From Clostridia bacterium (GTDB lineage Bacteria; Bacillota; Clostridia; Christensenellales; CAG-138): a stretch of 64,000 bases of DNA. The position numbers were made by a program, and so were the translations under genes. Positions 38,013 to 47,545 of the stretch are shown here, piece after piece. The notes under the pieces are model-generated. The model was given only the letters and a program-made list of their open reading frames with translations, made no database searches and was not told the DNA's origin. Positions within the stretch are counted from its first letter, which is position 1. Every line of letters begins with the position of its first letter. The stretch is taken from contig JAGACA010000020.1 of NCBI GenBank assembly GCA_017614315.1, positions 10,195 through 74,194 of the forward strand, in the 5' to 3' direction.

Positions 38013-38903
38013 TTAAATATCCTCCACGGTCATCGTCTTTGCGCGCTCAGCCATCTCAAGCAGGTACTGAGCCCTCGCAACGACGGGCTTGTCGATCATC
38101 TTGCCCTTGAGGGAAGCTACGCCGGAACCCCTCGCGTTCGCCTCGGCGATGGCGTCCATGATGGCGTGCGCCTTGGCGAGATCCTTTTCGGACGGGGTGA
38201 AAACGGCGTGCAGAGGCGCGATCTGGCGGGGATTGATGACGGATTTGCCGTCAAAGCCCATTTTCCGGATCATGGTCGCCTCGGCGATGAAGCCTTCCTC
38301 GTTGTTGACGTCGGAATAGACCGTGTCGAGGGCCATTATGCCCGCCGCCTTGGCGGCGTTCACGATCATGCCGCGGGCGAACATGAGCTCGATGCCCTCG
38401 GGGCTCCTCGTGGTCTTAAGGTCGGTGACGTAGTCCTCAGCGCCGAGGGCGATACCGATCAGGCGCTTCGACGCAAAGGCGATCTCCCTCGCGTTCAGAA
38501 CGCCGTTCGCGCTCTCGATGGCGGCCATCATGCCGGTGGAGCCGACGGGGATGCCGGCTTCGCGCTCGATCCTCTCGATCTCGCGCTCGCACTCGACGAC
38601 GTCCTTCGCGCTGTCGGTCTTCGGCAGCCTTATAACGTCGGGACGGGCACGGACGATCGCCTCGAGGTCGGCTACGCCGAGACCGGAGGAGAGATCGTTT
38701 ATTCGGACGACGAGCTCCTTGGAGCCGTAATGAAGCTTCGTAAGAGCCTTATAGACCAGGAACCTCGCCGCGTCCTTTTCGGTTATCGCGACGGAGTCCT
38801 CAAGGTCGAACATGATCGAGTCGGAGCCGTAAATGTGGGCGTCCCTGATCATACCGGGGTTATTGCCCGGCACAAAAAGCATACTTCTTCTTAATCTGCT
38901 CAT
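38013..38903 (-). CDS. citE: Citrate lyase beta subunit (citryl-CoA lyase)
   Basis: Starts RRSMLFVPGNNPGMI; HpcH/CitE fold. Confidence 0.9.
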   Translation of the reverse strand: MSRLRRSMLFVPGNNPGMIRDAHIYGSDSIMFDLEDSVAITEKDAARFLVYKALTKLHYGSKELVVRINDLSSGLGVADLEAIVRARPDVIRLPKTDSAKDVVECEREIERIEREAGIPVGSTGMMAAIESANGVLNAREIAFASKRLIGIALGAEDYVTDLKTTRSPEGIELMFARGMIVNAAKAAGIMALDTVYSDVNNEEGFIAEATMIRKMGFDGKSVINPRQIAPLHAVFTPSEKDLAKAHAIMDAIAEANARGSGVASLKGKMIDKPVVARAQYLLEMAERAKTMTVEDI

Positions 38904-39202
38904 TTTACCTTGACCTCGCTCCAGACGTATTCCGTGCTCTCGGCGGAACGGTATGCCGCGGCGAGCGTCCTTGCCGCGACGGTGCAGTCCAAAGCGCCCT
39001 TGTCGACGGCGTTGACGTAAGCCTTCGTAACGCCGAGCTCCTCAAGGGTCTCGCGGATGACCTTTTCGATCTGTTTTCCGTACTGCTGCATGACGGCGCT
39101 CTCAAGCGTAAGCTCGATGCCTTCCGTCTCCTTCGGCTCGATCCTGACGATAATATCGCTGGATTCCATCGTTCCGGCTACGCCGGGTCTCTTGATTTCC
39201 AT
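38900..39202 (-). CDS. citD: Citrate lyase acyl carrier protein (gamma subunit)
   Basis: 100 aa with AGTMESSDIIV, which contains the prosthetic-group Ser. Confidence 0.9.
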   Translation of the reverse strand: MEIKRPGVAGTMESSDIIVRIEPKETEGIELTLESAVMQQYGKQIEKVIRETLEELGVTKAYVNAVDKGALDCTVAARTLAAAYRSAESTEYVWSEVKVK

Positions 39203-39280
39203 TACGAAATTGACCTCCCGTTAAGTATGCTTTATTCTGCGCTTACGGGCGCATTGTCCCGTACGCACGATCCACTCTAT

Positions 39281-39309
39281 ATGATACCGATTTTTTAACT
39301 GTTTTTCAA
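39281..39309 (-). promoter_or_regulatory. Promoter of the citrate-lyase operon
   Basis: Minus strand: TTGAAA (39304-39309), a 17-nt spacer, then TATCAT (39281-39286). Confidence 0.6.
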
Positions 39310-39388
39310 GACCATTCTGTATCTTTTTTTGCGTTTTGCCGCCGAAAACAAAAAGAACGTCATTTTTGTTTCACGACACATAATCCGA

Positions 39389-39416
39389 TTGACAAGATAC
39401 GAAAGAAGCGTATAAT
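39389..39416 (+). promoter_or_regulatory. Promoter of the ribozyme-nagB operon
   Basis: TTGACA (39389-39394), a 16-nt spacer, then TATAAT (39411-39416). Confidence 0.7.
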
Positions 39417-39459
39417 ATAATTTTAGTAAAACCGCGTCTTTCCTTGAGGTGGGCGGGAC

Positions 39460-39612
39460 GCGGTCAGCGCCGGGCCCTTACAAAACGGGTGACGAGGACG
39501 GCAGTCATCGAAAGATTCGGCGGATGCTGCCGCGGCGACCGTTCGGCGTGCCGTGAGCGGAAGAGCAAAAAGCGTAATGAAAAGCGTAACAGAGGCTTCC
39601 GCACAGCCGGAC
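39460..39612 (+). ncRNA. glmS ribozyme (GlcN6P-activated self-cleaving RNA)
   Basis: Elements seen: A|GCGCC at 39466-39471; GACGAGG at 39491-39497; helix CGGCAG/CTGCCG enclosing TCATCGAAAGATTCGGCGGATG; and a distal helix GCGGAAG/CTTCCGC (39557-63 / 39596-602). Order and spacing match the Bacillus and Thermoanaerobacter glmS ribozymes as I recall them. Confidence 0.85.
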
Positions 39613-39636
39613 ATTTTCGTATAAGGAGAGATAAAA

Positions 39637-40428
39637 ATGCGCGTTATTATTCAGGACAATTACGATAAGATGAGCCTTTGGGCGGCGCACTATATCGCCG
39701 CGAAGATCAACGCTCACAAGGAAAACCGCCCCTTCGTCCTCGGGCTCCCGACGGGCTCCAGCCCCATCGGCGTCTACCGCGAGCTCGCCCGCATGAACAA
39801 GGCCGGCGAGGTATCGTTCAAAAACGTCGTCACATTCAATATGGACGAATATCTCGGTCTTCCTCACGAGCACGATCAGAGCTATTGGTACTTCATGCAC
39901 GATAACTTCTTCGACCATCTTGTCGATATGAAGCCCGAAAATATCAATATTCTCAACGGCATGACCGACGATCCCGAGGGCGAATGCGCCCGCTATGAGG
40001 AAAAGATCGCCTCTTACGGCGGTATCGACCTCTTTATGGGCGGCATCGGCGTCGACGGGCATCTTGCGTTCAACGAGCCGTACACCTCCCTTTCTTCGAG
40101 GACGGGCGTACGCGATCTCACCACCGATACCCGCATAGTCAATTCCCGCTTCTTCGGCAACGATCCCGAGAAGGTGCCCTCGAAGGCGCTCTCCGTCGGT
40201 ATCGGCACGGTCACCGACTCGAAGGAAGTCCTCGTTCTCATCAGCGGTCACAACAAGGCGCGCGCGCTTGCCGCGACCGTAGAAGGCGGCGTCAGCCAGA
40301 AATGGACCTGCTCCGCGCTCCAGATGCACAACGCGGCGATAATCGCCTGCGACGAGGCCGCCTGCGGCGAGCTTACCGTCGATACGTACAAGTACTTCCT
40401 CGACATCGAAAGGAACGAGAGGCTGTAA
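39637..40428 (+). CDS. nagB: Glucosamine-6-phosphate deaminase/isomerase (long, E. coli-type)
   Basis: 263 aa with [16 protein letters not shown] and [13 protein letters not shown] motifs. Confidence 0.92.
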   Translation: MRVIIQDNYDKMSLWAAHYIAAKINAHKENRPFVLGLPTGSSPIGVYRELARMNKAGEVSFKNVVTFNMDEYLGLPHEHDQSYWYFMHDNFFDHLVDMKPENINILNGMTDDPEGECARYEEKIASYGGIDLFMGGIGVDGHLAFNEPYTSLSSRTGVRDLTTDTRIVNSRFFGNDPEKVPSKALSVGIGTVTDSKEVLVLISGHNKARALAATVEGGVSQKWTCSALQMHNAAIIACDEAACGELTVDTYKYFLDIERNERL

Positions 40429-40429
40429 T

Positions 40430-41089
40430 ATGTATAAGATAACTGACCTTTTCGACCTTGACCACACCCTGGCCAAGGACTACCTTTCGCAGTTCACATA
40501 TCCATGGGAGGCGCTGAAGGGCATAAAGGAGTTCATACTCGCTCTCGGCCCCGCTCTCGGCGATGATTACGAAGAGATATCGGAGCACGTCTGGGTGCAC
40601 AAGACCGCCAAGGTCTTTCCCTCGGCGTATCTCGGCGCGCCCTGCATAATCGGCCCGGAGACCGAGGTCAGACACTGCGCGTTCATAAGGGGCTCCGCGC
40701 TCGTCGGCGCGAACTGCGTCGTCGGCAACTCCGTCGAGCTCAAGAATGCCATACTCTTCGATCACGTGCAGACCCCGCATTACAATTACGTGGGCGACTC
40801 GATACTCGGCTATTACAGCCACATGGGCGCTGGCTCCATCACGTCGAACGTCAAGTCCGACAAGAAGCTCGTCGTCGTGCATAACGGCACCGAGGAGATC
40901 GAGACCGGCATCAAAAAGTTCGGCGCGATGCTCGGCGATCACGTCGAGGTCGGCTGCAACGCCGTCTGCAATCCAGGCACGGTCATCGGCAGAAACTCCA
41001 GCGTATATCCCACCTCCTGCGTCCGCGGCGTCGTTCCCGAAAACAGCATCTGGCGCGACAACGGGGAGATCAGGCATAAGAATCAGTAA
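40430..41089 (+). CDS. Left-handed beta-helix (hexapeptide) acyltransferase resembling the GlmU C-terminal domain
   Basis: Hexapeptide repeats run through aa 70-210 (for example VGANCVVGNSVELKNAILFDHV and VEVGCNAVCNPGTVIG). There is no nucleotidyltransferase domain. Confidence 0.65.
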   Translation: MYKITDLFDLDHTLAKDYLSQFTYPWEALKGIKEFILALGPALGDDYEEISEHVWVHKTAKVFPSAYLGAPCIIGPETEVRHCAFIRGSALVGANCVVGNSVELKNAILFDHVQTPHYNYVGDSILGYYSHMGAGSITSNVKSDKKLVVVHNGTEEIETGIKKFGAMLGDHVEVGCNAVCNPGTVIGRNSSVYPTSCVRGVVPENSIWRDNGEIRHKNQ

Positions 41090-41110
41090 CTCTCGAAAGG
41101 CACAAAATCT

Positions 41111-42457
41111 ATGGGCAAATATTTCGGTACAGACGGCTTCCGCGGCGAAGCCAACAAGGGCCTTGACTACGAGCACGCGGTCAAGATTGGCCGCTATCTC
41201 GGCTGGTACTACGGCGCGAGGCTCGGCAAAAAGGCAAAGGTCGTCATCGGCAAGGACACGAGGCGTTCCAGCTATATGTTCGAGTACGCTCTCTGCGCGG
41301 GCCTCATGGCCTCCGGCGCGGACGCGTACATAATGCACGTCACCACCACTCCGTCGGTCAGCTATATCGCCCGCACGGACGATTTCGACTGCGGGATAAT
41401 GATCTCCGCCTCCCACAACCCGTTTTATGACAACGGCATAAAGCTTCTCAACTCCCACGGCGAGAAGATGGACGAGGAGACCATACTCAAGGTCGAGGAC
41501 TACATCGACGGCATAGGCGAGATACCCCTTGCCGAGCGTGAGAACATAGGCCGCACGGTCGACTACGTGGCGGGCAGGAACCGCTATATAGGCTATCTCA
41601 TATCCATGTCGAAGTACAGCTTCAAGGGCATCAAGGTCGGTCTCGACTGCGCGAACGGCGCATCGTGGATGATCGCGAAGGGCGTATTCGACGCTCTCGG
41701 CGCGAAGACCTACGTCATCAACGACGAGCCCGACGGCACCAACATCAACACGAACTGCGGCTCCACCCATATCGAGGGCTTAAGGAAGTTCGTCGTGGAG
41801 AAGGGTCTCGACGTCGGCTTTGCGTATGACGGCGACGCCGACCGCTGCCTCTGCGTGGACGAGAACGGCAACGTCGTCACCGGCGACCACATACTCTACA
41901 TCTACGGCCTTTACATGAAGGAGCGCGGCAAGCTCCTCAACAACAAGGTCGTCACGACCGTGATGAGCAACTTCGGGCTCTACAAGGCGCTCGACGCCGT
42001 CGGCATCGAATACGAAAAGACCAAGGTCGGCGACAAGTACGTTTATGAGAACATGGTCAAAAACGGCCACCGCATCGGCGGCGAGCAGTCCGGCCATATC
42101 ATATTCACCAAGTACGCCACCACCGGCGACGGCATACTCACGAGCATCAAGATGATGGAAGTCATGATCGCGAAGGAGAAACCCATGAGCGAGCTCGCAA
42201 AGCCCGTCGTGTTTTATCCGCAGGTGCTCAAGAACGTCAGGGTAAAGTCCAAGCCCGACGCGCAGAACGATCCCGACGTGCAGGCGGCGGTAAAGAAGGT
42301 CGCGGACGAGCTGGGCGACGCCGGCCGCATACTCGTCAGGGAATCCGGCACCGAACCCGTGATCCGCGTCATGGTCGAGGCCGACTCGAAGGAGATCTGC
42401 GAAAAATACGTCGATTCCGTCATCGACGTGATCCGCGCAAAGGGACATATCGAATAA
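41111..42457 (+). CDS. glmM: Phosphoglucosamine mutase
   Basis: Starts MGKYFGTDGFRG. The active-site motif ISASHNP is present. 448 aa. Confidence 0.94.
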   Translation: MGKYFGTDGFRGEANKGLDYEHAVKIGRYLGWYYGARLGKKAKVVIGKDTRRSSYMFEYALCAGLMASGADAYIMHVTTTPSVSYIARTDDFDCGIMISASHNPFYDNGIKLLNSHGEKMDEETILKVEDYIDGIGEIPLAERENIGRTVDYVAGRNRYIGYLISMSKYSFKGIKVGLDCANGASWMIAKGVFDALGAKTYVINDEPDGTNINTNCGSTHIEGLRKFVVEKGLDVGFAYDGDADRCLCVDENGNVVTGDHILYIYGLYMKERGKLLNNKVVTTVMSNFGLYKALDAVGIEYEKTKVGDKYVYENMVKNGHRIGGEQSGHIIFTKYATTGDGILTSIKMMEVMIAKEKPMSELAKPVVFYPQVLKNVRVKSKPDAQNDPDVQAAVKKVADELGDAGRILVRESGTEPVIRVMVEADSKEICEKYVDSVIDVIRAKGHIE

Positions 42458-42468
42458 GAAACCGTATC

Positions 42469-42498
42469 AAAAAAAGGAGGGGCTTGCCCCTCCTTTTT
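42469..42498. terminator. Bidirectional terminator
   Basis: A7-GGAGGGGC-ttgc-CCCTCC-TTTTT. Confidence 0.8.
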
Positions 42499-42509
42499 AA
42501 CTATGCACA

Positions 42510-42827
42510 TTATTCTTCCGGCTCTTCCCGATTCTGCTTCGCAAGCTCCGAAATGCGGGGGAAGTTCTGAATGACGTAATCGTATCCGCCGCGGCCGTGG
42601 GTCTTAAGGCAGTTCGAGCAGTCCTTTATGCCGCTTTCGAGATAACGGAATTTGCCGCCGCACTTGTCGCCGAGGGCGTAGAGCGGGCAGTAGCAGAACA
42701 GACAGTTGAAGAAATCGGGATCCGCCCCCTTGTGGCAGGGGAAGTATTCGCAGTCCGTGTTCTGATAATAGCGGCAGGAGTTTTTCTCCTTGGTGTCGAG
42801 CATTTTTTTCGCTTCCTTAAGATCCAT
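42510..42827 (-). CDS. Cysteine-rich small domain protein
   Basis: 105 aa containing CRYYQNTDCEYFPCH...CLFCYCPLY...CGG...CSNC. Confidence 0.7.
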   Translation of the reverse strand: MDLKEAKKMLDTKEKNSCRYYQNTDCEYFPCHKGADPDFFNCLFCYCPLYALGDKCGGKFRYLESGIKDCSNCLKTHGRGGYDYVIQNFPRISELAKQNREEPEE

Positions 42828-42839
42828 GATATCACCCCT

Positions 42840-43745
42840 TCATAAGTTGTCGATGTACTTGGCCGCGGCCAGCCCCGCGCCCGCGCCGTCCGACGCGGCG
42901 GTCGTGAGCTGACGCACGGTCTTTTTGCGGCAGTCGCCCGCGACGAAAACGCCGGGAGTTTTCACGGTTAAGCTTTCGTCCGCGTTCACGAAGCCGTATT
43001 CGTCAAGGTCGAGGACGTCTTTGAACGCGTCGTTCTGCGGTATGTGCCCGAGCGCCACGAAGAGCCCCGCGACGGCGGCGTCCATGCCCTCGCCGCCCTG
43101 CGTGTCCTTAAGGTGCAAAAGCTTTCCGCCTTCAATGTTCTCCATCGAATCGACGATCTTGTTCTCGAGCCTTTCGATCTTCTCGTTCGCAAGGAGCCTG
43201 TCCATGACCGCCTTCTCCGCGCGGTAGCCCGTGCGGCGGTGGATGAGATACACCTTTTCGCAGATATCCGCGAGGTAGAGTGCGTCCGAAACGGCGGTGT
43301 TGCCCCCGCCCACGACGGCGACGGTCTTTCCCTTATAGAACATTCCGTCGCAGACCGCGCAGTAGGAAACGCCCTCGCCCTCGAACGCGGCCGCGGCCTC
43401 GAGCCTCCTGTGCTTCAAGCCCGTCGCGATCACGACCGCCTTCGCGGTGTGCTCTGAATAATTCCCGGTCAGCCTGAAGCCTTCGGCCGTTTTTTCGATC
43501 TTCACGATCTCGTCGACCTCAAGGTTCACGCCGAGATCGAGCGCCTGGCTGAAGATATTGTCCGCAAGGTCGAGACCGGATATCTCCTTGAAGCCCGGAT
43601 AGTTCTCGACGCGCGGCGAAAGCGTGATCTGCCCGCCGACGGATTCCTTCTCTATCATGACGACGCTCTTTCCGGCTCTTAATGCGTAGATCGCCGCGGT
43701 CATGCCCGCGATCCCCGCGCCGACTATCGCAATATCACAGTTCAT
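42840..43745 (-). CDS. trxB: Thioredoxin-disulfide reductase-like flavoprotein
   Basis: FAD motif IVGAGIAGMTAA, redox-active CAVC, and NADPH motif VVGGGNTA. Confidence 0.85.
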   Translation of the reverse strand: MNCDIAIVGAGIAGMTAAIYALRAGKSVVMIEKESVGGQITLSPRVENYPGFKEISGLDLADNIFSQALDLGVNLEVDEIVKIEKTAEGFRLTGNYSEHTAKAVVIATGLKHRRLEAAAAFEGEGVSYCAVCDGMFYKGKTVAVVGGGNTAVSDALYLADICEKVYLIHRRTGYRAEKAVMDRLLANEKIERLENKIVDSMENIEGGKLLHLKDTQGGEGMDAAVAGLFVALGHIPQNDAFKDVLDLDEYGFVNADESLTVKTPGVFVAGDCRKKTVRQLTTAASDGAGAGLAAAKYIDNL

Positions 43746-43807
43746 ATCGTTTTCCTTTCGGGTTTTATTATCTCTATTATATCATGTTTTGCCCGCTCCG
43801 CAAGGAC

Positions 43808-43840
43808 TAAAACGGATCCGGCATACCGCCGGATCCGTTC
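43808..43840 (-). terminator. clpB terminator
   Basis: Minus strand: AACGGATCCGGC-ggtat-GCCGGATCCGTTTT. Confidence 0.8.
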
Positions 43841-43885
43841 GCTGCATTCAGCTTGTCATGAGCCGGAGCTGCAAACTTCTAACTC

Positions 43886-46468
43886 CTAACTGACTTTCAG
43901 TCCCGTTTCGTCGGCGTCGACGGTGAGCGTCGAGTACGGCGCGGGATCGTCTGCGAGGATCTTCCTCGCGAGCAGCGTCTCGACATTCTGGCCGATGAAG
44001 CGCTTTAATGGTCTCGCGCCGAACTGCGCGTCGGAGCCGTTCCTCACGATGTACCCGAGCGCCGCCTCGGTGATGTCGAGGTTCAGCGTGCGCTCGCGCA
44101 TACGGTCGGCGAGGCGCCTTATCATTATGCGGACGATGTTTGCCATATCCTCGGCGGAAAGCGGCTTGAACATGACGATCTCGTCAAGACGGTTGATGAA
44201 CTCGGGACGGAAATGCGAGCGGAGGAGCCTCGTGACGTTTGCCTTCGTCTCCTCGGAGATCCTGCCGTCGTCGCCCATGTCCTCGAGCAGGAGCTCGCTT
44301 CCCAAGTTGCTCGTCATGATAATTATCGTGTTCTTGAAGTCGACCGTGCGTCCCTGACCGTCGGTCGCCCGGCCGTCGTCCAGCACCTGCAGGAGCACGT
44401 TCAGAACGTCGGGGTGCGCCTTTTCGATCTCGTCGAAGAGCACGACGGCATAGGGCTTTCTCCTGACTGCCTCGGTCAGCTGACCGCCCTCGTCGTAGCC
44501 GACGTAGCCCGGAGGCGCGCCTAAAAGACGGGACACCGAGTACTTCTCCATGTACTCCGACATATCGATCCTGACGATGCTCTTCTCGTCGTCGAAAAGC
44601 GCCTCGGCGAGAGCCTTGGCAAGCTCCGTCTTGCCCACGCCGGTGGGGCCCAGGAACAGGAACGAGCCGACCGGCCTGTTCGGATCCTGTATGCCCGCGC
44701 GCGAGCGCAGTATCGCGTCGGCGACTGCCTCGACCGCCTCGTTCTGCCCGACCACGCGCTCGTGGAGCTTGTCGTCGAGCTTCAACAGCTTCTCACGCTC
44801 CGATTCCATCAGCTTACTTACGGGTATTCCCGTCCACCTTGCGACGATCCTTGCGATCTCGTCCTCGGTGACGCGGTCGCGGAGGAGCGTATTATCGCGG
44901 CCGGAGAGCTCCTTTTCCTTCTCCTCAAGCTCTTTCTTGAGCTTCGGGAGCTCGCCGTAGCGGATCTCCGCCACGCGGTTCAGGTCGTAATCGTTCTCGG
45001 CCTTCTGCATCCTCGCGTTTGCCGCCTCGATATCGCCGCGAAGCTTCTGCACGGCTTCGATGGACTTTTTCTCGTCGTCGAACTTCGCCTTCATCTCGTT
45101 GAAACGGTCGCGCTCTTCGGCAAGCTCCTTCCGGAGCGTCTCGAGCCTCTCCTCCGATATGCGGTCGGTCTCCTTTTTGAGGGCTGTCTCCTCGATCTCG
45201 AGCTGCATTATCTTCCTGCGGCAGTCGTCGAGCTCCGACGGCATGGAGTTGATCTCGGTCTTAATAAGAGCGCAGGCCTCGTCCACAAGGTCTATCGCCT
45301 TGTCGGGGAGGAAACGGTCGGATATGTAACGGTTCGACAGCTCCGCCGCGGCGATCAAGGCGTTATCGTTTATCTTGACGCCGTGGAACACCTCGTAGCG
45401 TTCCTTCAATCCGCGGAGGATCGATACGGTGTCCGCGACGCTCGGCTCGTCGACCATGACCGGCTGAAAACGCCTCTCCAAAGCCGCGTCCTTCTCGATG
45501 TACTTTCTGTATTCGTCAAGCGTCGTGGCGCCTATGCAGTGCAGCTCGCCCCTTGCCAGCATCGGCTTCAGGAGGTTGCCTGCGTCCATCGCGCCGTCCG
45601 TCTTGCCCGCGCCGACAATGGTGTGCAGCTCGTCGATAAAGAGGATTATACGCCCGTCCGAGTTCTTGATCTCGGAGAGCACGGCCTTGAGCCTCTCCTC
45701 GAATTCGCCGCGGTATTTGGCGCCCGCGACGAGAGCGCCCATGTCGAGCGAGAACACGCTCCTGTCCTTAAGGTTCTCGGGTACGTCGCCGCGGACTATT
45801 CGGAGCGCGAGCCCCTCGGCGATCGCCGTCTTGCCGACGCCCGGTTCGCCGATAAGGCAGGGATTGTTCTTGGTCTTTCGGGATAGGATCCTTATCACGT
45901 TTCGTATCTCGTCGTCGCGCCCGATGACGGGATCGAGCTTCTGCTCCCTCGCGAGAGCTACGAGATCCTGCCCGTATTTTTTCAGCACGTCGTAAGTCCC
46001 CTCGGGATCGTCGGTCGTGATCGGACGGTCGCCGCGGATCTCCTTGAGCACCGCCTTGAAGCCCGCCTCGGTTATGCCGAACTTTTTGAGTATCGGCTTC
46101 ATCGTCTGGTCGGCCTTATCGATGACGCCGAGGAACAGATGCTCGACGCTGGTGTATTCGTCCTTCATCCTGCCGGCGATCGCCTCCGCCGCTTCGAGCG
46201 CCGCGGAGAGCTGCGGCGACGCGTAACCCTCGTTCGAGCCGCCCTGCATCCTCGCAAGGCCGTCCATGGCGAAGCCGAGATCGGCCGCAAGGGAAGCGGG
46301 ATCCGCGCCGAGCTTTTTCAAAAGCGCGGGGATCAGCCCGTCCTCCTGCGTGACGAGCGCGGACGCAAGATGCGCCTGCTCTACGGTAGTATTGTTCCTC
46401 GAAGCGGCAAGGCTCTGCGCCTTCTGTAAAGCTTCGATGCTCTTCTGCGTAAGTTTGTTCATGTTCAT
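43886..46468 (-). CDS. clpB: ATP-dependent chaperone ClpB
   Basis: 860 aa with two AAA+ modules (GEPGVGKT and GPTGVGKT) and a coiled-coil middle domain. Confidence 0.95.
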   Translation of the reverse strand: MNMNKLTQKSIEALQKAQSLAASRNNTTVEQAHLASALVTQEDGLIPALLKKLGADPASLAADLGFAMDGLARMQGGSNEGYASPQLSAALEAAEAIAGRMKDEYTSVEHLFLGVIDKADQTMKPILKKFGITEAGFKAVLKEIRGDRPITTDDPEGTYDVLKKYGQDLVALAREQKLDPVIGRDDEIRNVIRILSRKTKNNPCLIGEPGVGKTAIAEGLALRIVRGDVPENLKDRSVFSLDMGALVAGAKYRGEFEERLKAVLSEIKNSDGRIILFIDELHTIVGAGKTDGAMDAGNLLKPMLARGELHCIGATTLDEYRKYIEKDAALERRFQPVMVDEPSVADTVSILRGLKERYEVFHGVKINDNALIAAAELSNRYISDRFLPDKAIDLVDEACALIKTEINSMPSELDDCRRKIMQLEIEETALKKETDRISEERLETLRKELAEERDRFNEMKAKFDDEKKSIEAVQKLRGDIEAANARMQKAENDYDLNRVAEIRYGELPKLKKELEEKEKELSGRDNTLLRDRVTEDEIARIVARWTGIPVSKLMESEREKLLKLDDKLHERVVGQNEAVEAVADAILRSRAGIQDPNRPVGSFLFLGPTGVGKTELAKALAEALFDDEKSIVRIDMSEYMEKYSVSRLLGAPPGYVGYDEGGQLTEAVRRKPYAVVLFDEIEKAHPDVLNVLLQVLDDGRATDGQGRTVDFKNTIIIMTSNLGSELLLEDMGDDGRISEETKANVTRLLRSHFRPEFINRLDEIVMFKPLSAEDMANIVRIMIRRLADRMRERTLNLDITEAALGYIVRNGSDAQFGARPLKRFIGQNVETLLARKILADDPAPYSTLTVDADETGLKVS

Positions 46469-46490
46469 AATATCACCTCTGTTTCGGACG

Positions 46491-47138
46491 TCAAATCAGG
46501 ACGTCGTTGTTCCCGACGTACGCCGCCATATGCGCTTCGGCGGCGGCGGCCGCGTCCGCGGGATCGTTCACCCGGTCGAAGAACGCCTTCATCGCGCCGT
46601 CAAGCGCGTTTATATACGCTGCGATGGCCGAACCGTCGACCGAATCGAGTATGCGCCCGTCTTTCTTCATGTGCGGGACGAGCTTTCTCGTCAGCCTGTT
46701 CGGCTCGAAAGTGAGATCCGTCCTGCCTATGTATGCCTCCTCGAGCTTATCCCAAAGGCGGAAGAACTGCAGCATCAGAAGTGTCAGTCCGTCCGAACGG
46801 CTCCTCACCTGGGCGCGGAGCTCGCCGATCGACGCGCCGTCCCGCCCGAGCGCGACCGTGTACTTCACGGTGGGATTGTACTTGTAAGAAAGCGCGGAGC
46901 GCAGACGGTAGGTCGAATCGTTCGATTCGGAAAGCATGGGGAGAAGGGTGTCGCGCAGATCCTCCTCCATGCGGCGGAATATGTCGCGCATTTTAAGCTC
47001 GTCCGTGGAGTACCCGACCTCGCGCGCCAGCAGGCGGTTTATAAGCGCGCTGCGGCTCTGCCCCTCGGCGTACGCCATTCGGTCTATAAGTCTTATCACC
47101 TCGTCGTCAAGCACGAGGGAGTATATGCTTTTTCCCAT
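46491..47138 (-). CDS. Ribbon-helix-helix (CopG-like) domain protein, co-oriented 22 nt upstream of clpB
   Basis: The RBS AAAGGAG precedes MGKSIYSLVLDDEVIRLIDRMAYAEGQSRSALINRLL. About 170 aa of unknown function follow. Confidence 0.65.
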   Translation of the reverse strand: MGKSIYSLVLDDEVIRLIDRMAYAEGQSRSALINRLLAREVGYSTDELKMRDIFRRMEEDLRDTLLPMLSESNDSTYRLRSALSYKYNPTVKYTVALGRDGASIGELRAQVRSRSDGLTLLMLQFFRLWDKLEEAYIGRTDLTFEPNRLTRKLVPHMKKDGRILDSVDGSAIAAYINALDGAMKAFFDRVNDPADAAAAAEAHMAAYVGNNDVLI

Positions 47139-47175
47139 ATAAACAACTCCTTTCGCGGACTCTTTTCTCGATAAT

Positions 47176-47203
47176 ATTATACCACCTCCAAAATAATTTG
47201 CAA
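47176..47203 (-). promoter_or_regulatory. Promoter of the RHH-clpB unit
   Basis: Minus strand: TTGCAA (47198-47203), a 16-nt spacer, then TATAAT (47176-47181). Confidence 0.6.
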
Positions 47204-47236
47204 TACCAATTAATAATATATTATGCACAAATTATT

Positions 47237-47266
47237 GAAAAAGGAGAACCGTGCGGTCCTCCCTTT
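47237..47266 (-). terminator. Terminator of the 91-aa gene
   Basis: Minus strand: GGAGGACCG-ca-CGGTTCTCC-TTTTT. Confidence 0.65.
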
Positions 47267-47269
47267 ATA

Positions 47270-47545
47270 TTACTCCGCGAGCTCGCGGTCGATACCCTCG
47301 AATACCACGCGCAGTATCCCGTTGTCGGCGGAGGATTCGCGTTCGGCGGCCTTCGAAATGAGATCGAACGTCAGCTTCACGGCGGACAGGCGGTCGGCGG
47401 GCTTGACGCTTCCGTCCGAGAGTATCTCTTCAAGCGCGTCGAGCGCCGCCTTCGACAGCCTGTTTACCCGCGCCTTTTTAATGGTCGTTCCCGCGTGTTT
47501 AGCTTGAACGCGGGGTATATTGCGATCGTTGTACGCACCGATCAT
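47270..47545 (-). CDS. Hypothetical 91-aa protein (possibly phage-derived)
   Basis: It has its own strong promoter (TTGATT, 17-nt spacer, TATAAT at 47580-47608) and the RBS AAAGGAG. I recognise no domain. Confidence 0.6.
   Translation of the reverse strand: MIGAYNDRNIPRVQAKHAGTTIKKARVNRLSKAALDALEEILSDGSVKPADRLSAVKLTFDLISKAAERESSADNGILRVVFEGIDRELAE

Noticed and set aside
39505-40476. A 323-aa minus-strand ORF overlapping the ribozyme and nagB.
   Set aside because: It is antisense to a well-supported nagB and to the ribozyme. It has shadow-frame composition and no translation signals.
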